Below, in pieces: positions 9,184-18,037 of a stretch of 64,000 bases of DNA. The position numbers and the translations under genes were made by a program. Below the pieces are notes generated by a model, which searched no databases, had not been told where the DNA came from, and saw only the letters and a program-made list of their open reading frames with translations. Source of the DNA: Anaeromyxobacteraceae bacterium (GTDB lineage Bacteria; Myxococcota; Myxococcia; Myxococcales; Anaeromyxobacteraceae); assembly GCA_032654565.1 (NCBI GenBank), contig JAULAX010000015.1, positions 160,001-224,000 of the forward strand. Reading direction: 5' to 3'. Each line of letters opens with the position of its first letter. Position 1 is the first letter of the stretch.

Positions 9184-10380
9184 ATGTTCGAGTCACTCGT
9201 TCCCAGGGGACCGGCGGTCCCCGCCCGCCGCCGCCTGCGCCTGCGCCTGGCGCTCGGGGTTGCCGCCCTGCTCTCGGCCTTCCCCGCCGCCGGCGCCCCC
9301 GCCGACACCCGGCCCAAGATGGCGGTGCTCGACTTCCAGCCCTCCGGGGCCAGCGCCTCGCTGGCCGGCGCCGCCACCGGCGCGGTGGCCACCGAGCTCG
9401 ACCGGCTGCAGGTCTTCAAGGTGGTCACCAGCGAGGCCATCCGCGGCATGCTGGCGCTGGAGCGGCAGAAGCAGATGCTGGGGTGCTCTGCCGACAGCGC
9501 CGCCTGCCTCGCCGAGATCGGCGGCGCCCTGGGGGTCGACTACCTGGTCTCGGGCCGGGTCATCGGCCTCGGCGGCGGCGCCAACGGCTCGATGACCTAC
9601 ACGCTGGAGGTCACGCTCTCCAACGTCAAGAAGGCCTCCCGCGACGGCTCGGCGCTGGAGAAGGCCGCCAGCGAGGCCGCGCTCATCTCGCTGGTGCCCC
9701 GTGCCGTCGGCAAGCTCACCGCCCGGCTCCTCGCCACGCGGACCGGCAAGCTGGTGGTCACCTCCACCGAGACCGGCGCCGTGGTCAAGGTGGACGAGCA
9801 GGCGCGCGGCACCACGCCGCTCCCCGGACCGCTCGAGGTGCCGAGCGGCCCGCGCACGCTCTCGGTGGAGAAGCAGGGCTTCGTCACCTGGCAGACCGAC
9901 GTGGTCGTCCAGCCCGGCAAGATGACCGGCGAGACGGTGACGCTGATGCCAAGCCCGGACTTCATCGAGGCCTACGAGTCGCGGGCCCGCAAGATGCGGA
10001 TCGGCGCCTGGACCGCCACCGGGGTGGCGGTGGCCGGCCTGGCCACCACCGTCCTCATGCAGCTGCGCGCCAACAGCCTCTACGGGAACTCCTCCACGCC
10101 GGGGACCTTCCTCTACTACCGGCAGCGACTCACCGACGGGGTGGTGGCGCCCGGCGGCGGCGACTACCGAGCCGACGTCACCCGGCTCGCCGGCCAGGTG
10201 ACCACCGCCGAGAACCTCTCCTACGTCGGCGCCGGCGTGGCCGCGGTGGGCGGCGGCTTCGCCATCTGGCTCTGGCTGGCCGGCGACGATCCGGGGCGCT
10301 ATTCCCGCTACCACGCCTCCGCGCTCCAGCTCCTCCCCATCCCCGGCGGCGCCGCCCTGGCGCTCTCCGGCGCCTTCTGA
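9184..10380 (+). CDS. PEGA domain-containing exported protein
   Basis: Signal-like N-terminus; myxobacterial CLAEIGGALGVDYLVSG motif; PEGA segment (VKVDEQARGTTPLPGPLEVPSG); terminal ALSGAF. Confidence 0.8.
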   Translation: MFESLVPRGPAVPARRRLRLRLALGVAALLSAFPAAGAPADTRPKMAVLDFQPSGASASLAGAATGAVATELDRLQVFKVVTSEAIRGMLALERQKQMLGCSADSAACLAEIGGALGVDYLVSGRVIGLGGGANGSMTYTLEVTLSNVKKASRDGSALEKAASEAALISLVPRAVGKLTARLLATRTGKLVVTSTETGAVVKVDEQARGTTPLPGPLEVPSGPRTLSVEKQGFVTWQTDVVVQPGKMTGETVTLMPSPDFIEAYESRARKMRIGAWTATGVAVAGLATTVLMQLRANSLYGNSSTPGTFLYYRQRLTDGVVAPGGGDYRADVTRLAGQVTTAENLSYVGAGVAAVGGGFAIWLWLAGDDPGRYSRYHASALQLLPIPGGAALALSGAF

Positions 10381-13300
10381 GTGGACGCCATGACGCCCTC
10401 CTGCCCCCGCTCCGTGCGCGCCACCCTCTCCCTCCTCGGGCTCGCCCTCTCCCTCTCCGGCTGCCGCCGCGACGTCGGCGTCCCGCCACCCTCCACCTTC
10501 GCCGTCGTCGACGCCTTCCCCTCGGCGGCGCCCCGCGAGACCCTGCTGCTCGTCGCCACCGGCGGGACGCAGCCCTACGCCTACGCCTTCGCCGCCGGCG
10601 GCCCCGGCTCGGGGCTGGGCGCCACGGTCGACGCCTCCGGCCACTACCAGGCCGGCGCCTGGGGCCCCGCCCTCGACGTCGTCGAGGTGCGCGACGCCGC
10701 CGGGGCCATGCGCGAGGTGCGGGTCTCGGTCGGGCCGCCGCTGCAGGTGACGCCCACCCAGGCCTTCGTGGCGCCGGGCGGCAGCGTCGGCTTCGTGGCC
10801 TCCGGCGGGAAGCAGCCCTACGCCCTGGAGTTCACCGGGGCGGGGGCCCACCACGGCACCACGGCCGGGACCACCTTCACGGTCGAGGCCGGCGGCGGCT
10901 GCGCCGGGCTGGTCTCGGATCCGGCCACCGTGACCCTGCGGCTGGTGGACGGCACCGGCACCGCCAGCCCGACGCTCAGCGTCGAGATCGGCCGGGGGCT
11001 CGATCTCTTCCCCGCCGCCGGCGTCGGCGCCGTGGCGCCGCACGAGACCATCGCCTTCCTCGCCTCCGGCGGCCAGCCGCCCTACCAGTTCTCCATGGCG
11101 GCCAACCCCTCGGCCGGACCCGGCGTCAACCCCGGTCGCGGCACCTACACCGCCGGCGCCACCGGCCAGGTCACCGACCGGGTCCAGGTGACCGACGCCA
11201 ACGGCCAGGTGGCCTGCTTCGCGGTGGCGGTCGGCCCCGAGCTCGGCTTCACCTTCTCCAACACCCGGGCGCGCCCCGGCCAGCCCATGAAGGTGCTGGC
11301 CAGCGGCGGTCGGCCGCCCTACCGGTTCCTCTTCGCCGACAAGGGGAACCGGAGCCGGGCCACGCTCGACGCCGTGAACGGCGACTACGTCCCCGGCTAC
11401 AACACCGGCGCCACCGACCTGATCACCGTGGCCGACGCCACCGGCGCCCCGGCGCTGCCGGCCCGGGCCATCCAGGTGGGGCCGGTGCAGGTGGACGCCT
11501 ATTACCCGGACCAGGGCTGCCTGGTCGGTGACGTCGACGGCAACGGCGTCCTCGACGCCGTGGCCATCAACTCGCAGCGCATCGCCACCACCGTGGAGCT
11601 GCGCCCCGGGAAGGCGCCGCGCCTGGCCACCACCACGGTCGGCGCCGTGCTCAGCGCCGCCGCCCTCGGTGACGTCGACGGCGACGGCCGGATGGACCTG
11701 GTGACCGTCTCGCCGCTGGACCTCACCCTCGAGGTGGAGCTGGGACAGGGCGACGGCTCCTTCGTCGTGGGGGGGCTCCGGGCGCCCGGGATCGTGGCCC
11801 GCAGGGTGGCCGTGGCGCGGGGCTCACGGCGCATCTTCAGCCTCGGCAGCGCCACCGGCTGCGGCGCCGGGCTGGCCTGGGTGGAGTACGACGCCACCAA
11901 GGCCTTGCTGGGGACGCCCGGCTGCGTCTCCATCGCCGGCAGCCTGGGCTCCTTCAGCTCGCTGGTGGCGGGCGACTTCGACGGGGACACGCTGGACGAC
12001 GCCGCCTACACCCGGACCACGACCCCCCAGGCGGTCTATTTCAGGCTGGCCAGGGAGGGGTTCGCCGTCGAGCACGCCGTGGCCCTGCCCGGCACCTGGC
12101 GGTACGAGGCCTACGCCGCCTCTTCCTCGCCGGCCCTCGAGGTCCGCCGCGATGGAGCCACCAGCTCCGACGTGGTCCTGGTGGTCTACGACGGGCCGCG
12201 CGCCACCACCGGCACCCGCACCGGCCTGGCCACGCTGCGGGGCGGCGCCGCCGGCCTGACGCTCCAGCAGGTGGACCGGGTGGACTTCGGCGGGCTCTAC
12301 AACATCCTCGGCATGACCGCGCTCGGCCTCGGCGCGGGGGCCACGCCGCGGTTGGCGGTCTCCAACGGCGCCGACGGGCAGGTGCTGATCTACGACTTCC
12401 CGGTCACCCCGGCCCCGCTGGCCCTCTCCGCCTGGCAGGTGGCGCCGCGCGACTACCGGGTCGCCGGGCTCTGCGGCGGCGACCTCGACGGCGACGGCCT
12501 CGACGACATGGTGATGACGCCGCGCGAGTACGGGACCCTCTCCGACGTGCTGCTCGGCGAGCTGGACGGTGGCTGGGATCGACGGCCGCGCTTCCACTCG
12601 ATCGGGAACGGGCTCATCGGCGACGTCGATGGTGACGGCGTCGCCGACTTCATCTCCCCGCTGCCGGGCCTGGGCCTCGAGGTGCTCCTTCCCGCCGGCG
12701 GCGAGATCGCGCTGGGGCCGGCCACGCCGACCGACGGCGTCCTCTTCGACGCCCGCGCCGCCGACTGGGACGGCGACGGCGTCCCCGACCTGATGGCCCG
12801 GCTCGGCGCCACCGGCTTCTCCCTGCTGCACGGGCTGGGTGCCGGCCGCTTCGGCCCCCAGGTCCCGGTCACGGTGACCAGCCCGGCGGGCGTGCCGTAC
12901 GACCCCATCGCGGTCTACTTCGCGGTGGCGCGCCTGGGTGGTGCCAGCCCGGGCCCCGACCTCTTCACCTACGTCCGCGCCGGATCCCAGCTCTACTACG
13001 CCGCGGTGGTCTTCTCCGACCCGACCCACGGCACCTTCGGCGTCTCGGACCTGCCCTTCGGAGCCTACCCATACTTCACCGGGGTGGCCGACCTGGACGG
13101 CGACGGGATCGACGACCTGGTGGTGGTGGGTGTCGGCGGCGCCATCCGGGTCGCGCTGGTCAAGCCCGGCACCCCCGGGTCCACCTGGCCCTTCCTGCCG
13201 TCGGTCGAGGTGCAGCCGGCCCCCACCACCTATTTCCCGTCCATGGCCGGGGTCATCGACGTGCCCGGCGCGGTCCCCCGCCGGCAGCGCGCCGTCGTCC

Positions 13301-13701
13301 TCGGCCTCGACGCCGTGCTGCTGGTCGAGGCGCCGGCGGGAGTTCCGCTGACCACCCCGAGCCCCATCAGCCTGGGAATCGACGTCATCGAGGTCGCTCC
13401 GGTTGGCGTCGCCGACGTGACCGGCGATGGCTGGCCCGACCTGGTGCTGATCGGCTACCTCACCACCACCGCCATCGACCCGGTGAGCTTCCGGTACCTG
13501 GGGGGCGACCTGCTGGTGCTGCGCGGCACGGCGACCGGGGGGTTCGAGGCCACGCCCGACCCGTCGCTGACGCTCCACCTCGGCGGCCTGCTGGGGGGCT
13601 CGACCCTCCCCAGCCCCGGCGGCGGCCCGGCCGACCTGCTGATATCGGGAGGGTCCTCCTCGGTGATCCTGCACAACGACGGGGCTGGCCACTTCCGGTG
13701 A
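10381..13701 (+). CDS. Large lipoprotein with Ig-like (GGxxPY) modules and FG-GAP/VCBS repeats
   Basis: Lipobox LSGC; four (A/T)SGG-x2-PY-type modules; eight D-x-(D/T)-G-(D/N)-(G/T) motifs. Start may be 10390. Confidence 0.85.
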   Translation: MDAMTPSCPRSVRATLSLLGLALSLSGCRRDVGVPPPSTFAVVDAFPSAAPRETLLLVATGGTQPYAYAFAAGGPGSGLGATVDASGHYQAGAWGPALDVVEVRDAAGAMREVRVSVGPPLQVTPTQAFVAPGGSVGFVASGGKQPYALEFTGAGAHHGTTAGTTFTVEAGGGCAGLVSDPATVTLRLVDGTGTASPTLSVEIGRGLDLFPAAGVGAVAPHETIAFLASGGQPPYQFSMAANPSAGPGVNPGRGTYTAGATGQVTDRVQVTDANGQVACFAVAVGPELGFTFSNTRARPGQPMKVLASGGRPPYRFLFADKGNRSRATLDAVNGDYVPGYNTGATDLITVADATGAPALPARAIQVGPVQVDAYYPDQGCLVGDVDGNGVLDAVAINSQRIATTVELRPGKAPRLATTTVGAVLSAAALGDVDGDGRMDLVTVSPLDLTLEVELGQGDGSFVVGGLRAPGIVARRVAVARGSRRIFSLGSATGCGAGLAWVEYDATKALLGTPGCVSIAGSLGSFSSLVAGDFDGDTLDDAAYTRTTTPQAVYFRLAREGFAVEHAVALPGTWRYEAYAASSSPALEVRRDGATSSDVVLVVYDGPRATTGTRTGLATLRGGAAGLTLQQVDRVDFGGLYNILGMTALGLGAGATPRLAVSNGADGQVLIYDFPVTPAPLALSAWQVAPRDYRVAGLCGGDLDGDGLDDMVMTPREYGTLSDVLLGELDGGWDRRPRFHSIGNGLIGDVDGDGVADFISPLPGLGLEVLLPAGGEIALGPATPTDGVLFDARAADWDGDGVPDLMARLGATGFSLLHGLGAGRFGPQVPVTVTSPAGVPYDPIAVYFAVARLGGASPGPDLFTYVRAGSQLYYAAVVFSDPTHGTFGVSDLPFGAYPYFTGVADLDGDGIDDLVVVGVGGAIRVALVKPGTPGSTWPFLPSVEVQPAPTTYFPSMAGVIDVPGAVPRRQRAVVLGLDAVLLVEAPAGVPLTTPSPISLGIDVIEVAPVGVADVTGDGWPDLVLIGYLTTTAIDPVSFRYLGGDLLVLRGTATGGFEATPDPSLTLHLGGLLGGSTLPSPGGGPADLLISGGSSSVILHNDGAGHFR

Positions 13702-13717
13702 CTTCGGAACCGCGGAA

Positions 13718-13875
13718 CCCGACCGAGGGTTCCGTAGAACGGCCGGTGGTCCGCGAAACGGCCGGGGGCCGCTGACGCCCCATGCGGAGGGCCGATCCCG
13801 ACCGAGGGTTCCGTGAAACGACCGGAGGTCCGCGAATCGGCCGGGGTCCGCTGACGCCCCTTGCGGGGCTCGACC
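13718..13875 (+). repeat. Two tandem 79-bp copies of the transposase-associated repeat
   Basis: Copies at 13718 and 13797 both begin CCCGACCGAGGGTTCCGT; 63/70 identical by manual alignment. Confidence 0.9.
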
Positions 13876-16710
13876 TCAGGGAACTACCACCTCAACGCCC
13901 CGGTCCCCGGAAGGAAGGTAGGCGGCGCCATTCAGCAGCAACGCATCGGAGGCCCAGCCGCTGGTCCGGTGGAAGCTGCGGAAGATCGGCTGCCCCGGGG
14001 TATCAACGCGGTAGGCGAGCACCCCCTGCCCGCCCATGCCGCCGGCCCCGAGCAGCAGCCAGCCTTCTCCGGTGGCGAGTGGCCAGGCCCAGGAGGCCTC
14101 GACCTCCTGGGTGGAGGCCAGCTGCAGCTGGGCCAGGTCGATCCCGGCCAGCCGCAACACCGAGCGGCCGCCGCTCCAGTCCCAGGTGGCCGCGTAGGCG
14201 GCATCGGCCGTGACCAGGGCCCCGCCGGCGTACCCGACGAGGTCGACGCTGCCGGCCAGCCGCGCCGTGCCCCGGTCGGTCAGGTCGAGGGCGTGCAGTG
14301 ACGTCCAGGCCCGGTCGGGCGTCCAGTGAGACTCGAGCGTGTAGACGCGGCCACCGCCTGGGGTCGCGGCCAGGAAGGTGCCGGGGACGTTGACCGGCGC
14401 CAGCAGGGCCGGTGCGTTCGGATCGGCCACGTCGATCCGATCGAGGAGATAGCGTCCGCTGCCGTCGAGCCGGTCGAGCGGTTCGAAGTGGGTGAGGTAG
14501 AGCCGGTCGCCAGCGCTGGCCAGACCCCACGACCAGCTGCTGGCAGGGAGCACCACCCGCCCGCCCAGGTGAGGCGCGTCGGGGTCGGTCAGGTCGTAGA
14601 CCAGCACCTCGTCCCCGGCCGGGGCGCCGCCGCCGCCCGTCGGCCCCGCCAGCGCGACCGGATACCAGCCGCGCATGCGGTGGACGGCCAGCACCCGTCC
14701 GTTGCAGACCACCTGGTCGCCCCACCCCCAGCCCCAGAAGGAGCCGAAGCCAGGGAGCCCCATGTCGGCGGTCACCTCGAGCCGGCCGCGCGGGAGTGGG
14801 TGGAGGGGATCGGCGAGGTCCCAGCCTGAGAGCCAGGCCTGGCCGCCGCTGGAGTCGGTGGAGAGGAGCCAGACGAGGTCGCCGGCCACGAACATCCGCG
14901 AGGCCGGGGCGGGCGCCTTGATGCGGGCCAGCGGCACCGGCGCCTCGGGATCGGCCGGGTCCACCACGACCAGCGAGGTGTCGCCGCGCCACCAATCCCC
15001 GGTGAGCGCCACCAGCTTCCCGCGCACCGTGGCCAGCGACCAGGCGGAGCGTGCCAGGTCCAGCCCGGCGCGCTCCCGCGGGGCGTCGCGGTCGGTGGCG
15101 TCGAAGAGCTGGAGCCGCTGGTCGGAGAGGGCGGCCAGCTGGCCGGTCACGCCGGCCGCGCCGACCGGGAAGGCGCGCTGCACCTGACCAGGGTGGGCGA
15201 GGAAGCCGCGCAGCGTCAGCGCCGAGCGCCCCAGGTCGATGAGCTGCACGCCGCCCGCCCAGGACCAGCTCGTGGGATCCCAGCCCTGGAACGGCACCAG
15301 CACCAGCCCCTCGGCGTCCAGCACCTGGAAGGCCTTGCGCAGGTCGTCGGGGGCGGCGTTCACCCAGCCGTAGCCGCTCCCGAAGGTCACCCGGGAGACC
15401 AGGGCCGGGGCCCGTGGATCGGCGACGTCGAAGAGCGAAACCGCCAGCTGCCACGGCGCACCGACCTCGGACACGTGGCCGAGCGCCACCAGCCGGTCGC
15501 CGCGCGGCTCCACGAAGTCGAGCTGGCCGGGCATGACCACGTGGCCGAGCAGGCCAGGGTGGCCGGGATCGGAGAGATCGACGACCCAGAGCGGATCGAT
15601 GCGGGCGGCGGTGACCACGTAGGCCCGGGCGCCGTCGAAGCGGGCGGCGGTGAGCGACTCGGCCACGTCGATGGGGACGACGCCGAGGAGGTTGGCGTCG
15701 GCCGGCGTCGGGGCGGACCAGACGCGGACGTCGGCGCCGGTGTTCCAGGTGCGTCCCAGCACGGCGCGGAAGGTCCCGCTGGCGGCGTCGGCGTCGAGGC
15801 CCCAGCGGTCCTGGACCTGGCCGGGGGCCGCGAAGGTGGCGCCGGCCGCGATGGCGCCGGTGGGGGACGAGATGTCGAAAGCTCGGAAGGTGGTGGCCGG
15901 CGCGCCGGTGCCTGCGTCCCACCCGGACTGGGCCAGCACCGCCCGGTCGGCGGTCACGGCGACGTGCGAGGACCACCCGGTGGCGGCGAACTCGACCCGC
16001 GCCACCGACCGCGGCGTCGCCGGGTCTGCGAAGTCGAAGCTCTGGAGAAAGACGGTGTCGCCACCGGGCGCGGCCACTCCGGCCACCCCGCCCGTGGCAG
16101 GGATCATGGCGTCGTACCATCCCCAGCGGCGGGAGAAGACGTAGAGGACGTCGCCGACGAAGCGGGTCTGCTCCACGAAGCCGTCGACGTCGAGGCGGGA
16201 GACCAGCCGCGGCGCCGCCGGATCGGACACGTCCACGGTCCAGACCTGTGAGCCGGTGCGCGGGCGGGCGGCCCCGGCGTCGGCGACCCAGCTCCAGGCC
16301 AGGGCGTCGGAGACCGCGAAGACAGCGGTGGAGCCGCGCAGGTAGAGGTCGACCGGCTGGCCGACCACCGGGACCTTGCCGACGAGCCGCGGGTTGTCGA
16401 GGTCGGCGAGGTCGAGGATCTGCAGGCCGCGCAGGCCGTTGAGGACGTAGAGCGTCGAGCCCGACCGCTGGTAGACGTCAGCCTCCTCGACGGCGCGCGC
16501 CGGGCCGGGGGTGGGCGTCCCTGCGCCGCCGATGGCCGGCGTGGTGCCCGTGTCGCCACTGGCCCGAGGCCCGGGTCCGCTGCCGGGGGGCTGCGAGAGG
16601 AAGGTCTCGGCCCCCGGGGCGCGATCGGCCCCAGGGGTGCCGATGGTGCAGGCAGCGATCAGGGTGAGCCCGAAGAGGCCGGGGTGGAGAGCGAGGCGAG
16701 TTGGCTTCAT
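13876..16710 (-). CDS. Beta-propeller domain-containing lipoprotein (Beta_propel-like)
   Basis: Lipobox IAAC; VEEADVY, ESLTAARFDGARAYVVT..IDPLWVVDLSDP..P and LSDQRL repeats; GGAGG RBS. Confidence 0.85.
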   Translation of the reverse strand: MKPTRLALHPGLFGLTLIAACTIGTPGADRAPGAETFLSQPPGSGPGPRASGDTGTTPAIGGAGTPTPGPARAVEEADVYQRSGSTLYVLNGLRGLQILDLADLDNPRLVGKVPVVGQPVDLYLRGSTAVFAVSDALAWSWVADAGAARPRTGSQVWTVDVSDPAAPRLVSRLDVDGFVEQTRFVGDVLYVFSRRWGWYDAMIPATGGVAGVAAPGGDTVFLQSFDFADPATPRSVARVEFAATGWSSHVAVTADRAVLAQSGWDAGTGAPATTFRAFDISSPTGAIAAGATFAAPGQVQDRWGLDADAASGTFRAVLGRTWNTGADVRVWSAPTPADANLLGVVPIDVAESLTAARFDGARAYVVTAARIDPLWVVDLSDPGHPGLLGHVVMPGQLDFVEPRGDRLVALGHVSEVGAPWQLAVSLFDVADPRAPALVSRVTFGSGYGWVNAAPDDLRKAFQVLDAEGLVLVPFQGWDPTSWSWAGGVQLIDLGRSALTLRGFLAHPGQVQRAFPVGAAGVTGQLAALSDQRLQLFDATDRDAPRERAGLDLARSAWSLATVRGKLVALTGDWWRGDTSLVVVDPADPEAPVPLARIKAPAPASRMFVAGDLVWLLSTDSSGGQAWLSGWDLADPLHPLPRGRLEVTADMGLPGFGSFWGWGWGDQVVCNGRVLAVHRMRGWYPVALAGPTGGGGAPAGDEVLVYDLTDPDAPHLGGRVVLPASSWSWGLASAGDRLYLTHFEPLDRLDGSGRYLLDRIDVADPNAPALLAPVNVPGTFLAATPGGGRVYTLESHWTPDRAWTSLHALDLTDRGTARLAGSVDLVGYAGGALVTADAAYAATWDWSGGRSVLRLAGIDLAQLQLASTQEVEASWAWPLATGEGWLLLGAGGMGGQGVLAYRVDTPGQPIFRSFHRTSGWASDALLLNGAAYLPSGDRGVEVVVP

Positions 16711-16774
16711 GGCGCCCTCCTGGCGCGAGGAGGCCAACATGGTACCACCGGCGCGACCCCCGACCCGACCCCGA

Positions 16775-16859
16775 CCCGACCGAGAGTACCGCGGGACGGC
16801 CGGGGGTCCGCGGGACGGCCGGTGACGGCTGAGGAAAACCCAAAGGGAATGCGGGGCTC
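16775..16859 (+). repeat. Third direct copy of the repeat, upstream of the transposase
   Basis: CCCGACCGAGAGTACCGCGGGACGGCCGGGGGTCCGCGGGACGGCCGG...; 48/60 ungapped identity to copy 1; shares TGCGGGGCTC tail with copy 2; preceded by a CCCGA-type microsatellite. Confidence 0.85.
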
Positions 16860-16890
16860 CGGTGGCACGGGGCCTGCCTTACCCAGAGGC

Positions 16891-17775
16891 ATGACCGCCC
16901 CCCGACAGGTCCTCCCCGGCACCACCTACCTCGTCACCCGCCGCTGCACCCAGCGCCAGTTCCTCCTTCGCCCCTCCAGGCCGGCCAGCCAGGTCTTCCT
17001 CTACCTCCTCGCGGTCGCCGCCGAGCGCTACGGCATCGAGGTCCACGCCTACTGCGTCATGTCGAACCACTACCACCTGGTGGTGACCGACCCCCACGCC
17101 CGCCTCCCGCTGTTCCACCTCTTCCTCGACGGCCTCGCCGGCCGGGCCCTCAACGCCCTGCTCGGTCGTCGCGAGGACTTCTGGGGCCCCGACAGCTACA
17201 GCGCCGTCGAGCTGGCCAGCCCGCAGGCCGTCGTCGACAAGGCCGCCTACACCCTGGCCAACCCGGTGGCGGCCGGGCTGGTCCGGTCGGCCCGTCGCTG
17301 GCCGGGGCTCTGGTCATCGCCTGACGAGGTGGGAGCAACCGGGCGCCAGGTGAAGCGCCCCACCCACTTCTTCGACCAGAAGGGGACCATGCCCGAGTCG
17401 GCGACCCTCACGCTCACCACCCCGCCCGGGTTTCCCACCGCCGCCGCGTTCCGGGACCGGCTCTCCGCCGCGCTCGCAGAGCGGGAGGCCGTGGCGGTGA
17501 AGAAGGTCGGCACCTTCCTCGGCGTGGCCAAGGTGCTGGCGCAGAAGACCACCGCCCGAGCCAGGGAGCCGCAGCCGCTCGGCCAGCTCAACCCGAGGGT
17601 GGCGGCGCGCGACAGGTGGAAGCGGATCGAGGCGCTGGGCAGGCTGGTGGGCTTCCTCGCCGACTACCGGGCGGCGTTGCACCAGTGGCGCGCCGGCAAC
17701 AGGAGCGCCGTCTTCCCTGCCGGCACCTACCTGATGCGGGTCGCCTGCGGTGTCGCCTGCGCCGGCGCTGGTTAG
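16891..17775 (+). CDS. Y1/HUH tyrosine transposase, RAYT-like, with long C-terminal extension (294 aa)
   Basis: YLVTRRC, HAYCVMSNHYHLV (HUH at H60/H62), FW, AAYTLANPVAAGLV (catalytic Y120 plus NP) and WPG. Confidence 0.9.
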   Translation: MTAPRQVLPGTTYLVTRRCTQRQFLLRPSRPASQVFLYLLAVAAERYGIEVHAYCVMSNHYHLVVTDPHARLPLFHLFLDGLAGRALNALLGRREDFWGPDSYSAVELASPQAVVDKAAYTLANPVAAGLVRSARRWPGLWSSPDEVGATGRQVKRPTHFFDQKGTMPESATLTLTTPPGFPTAAAFRDRLSAALAEREAVAVKKVGTFLGVAKVLAQKTTARAREPQPLGQLNPRVAARDRWKRIEALGRLVGFLADYRAALHQWRAGNRSAVFPAGTYLMRVACGVACAGAG

Positions 17776-18009
17776 CCGCGACGACCACGCGGGCCTCACC
17801 ACCCTCGCCACCAGCAGTCTCCGGGAGCCACCCAGGCCTCGAGGGGCCGAGGCGTGTGCCCCTGCCCTCACCGAGCGCTTCTGGCAGCCCGACGCGCTGC
17901 GGCCTCAACCCCCGCTGAGGCACCACCACACCACCTCGGCGCCTCCCTGACCAACGATCGCGGCCCCGGACCCCCAACGACCCCTGGCCGAGGCCGGCCT
18001 CGCCGAGCC

Positions 18010-18024
18010 GAACCCTCGGTCGGG
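18010..18024 (-). repeat. Inverted copy of the repeat end motif
   Basis: GAACCCTCGGTCGGG is the exact reverse complement of CCCGACCGAGGGTTC, the first 15 nt of copies 1 and 2. Confidence 0.75.
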
Positions 18025-18037
18025 AACACGGGAACAA

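Noticed and set aside
13718..13875. Tandem 79-bp repeats as a CRISPR array
   Set aside because: Only two adjacent copies, similar along their whole length with no unique spacers, and no cas genes in the window.
16891..17775. Canonical IS200/IS605 insertion sequence
   Set aside because: No tnpB; the protein is about twice TnpA length and carries the RAYT-type NPVxAG motif.
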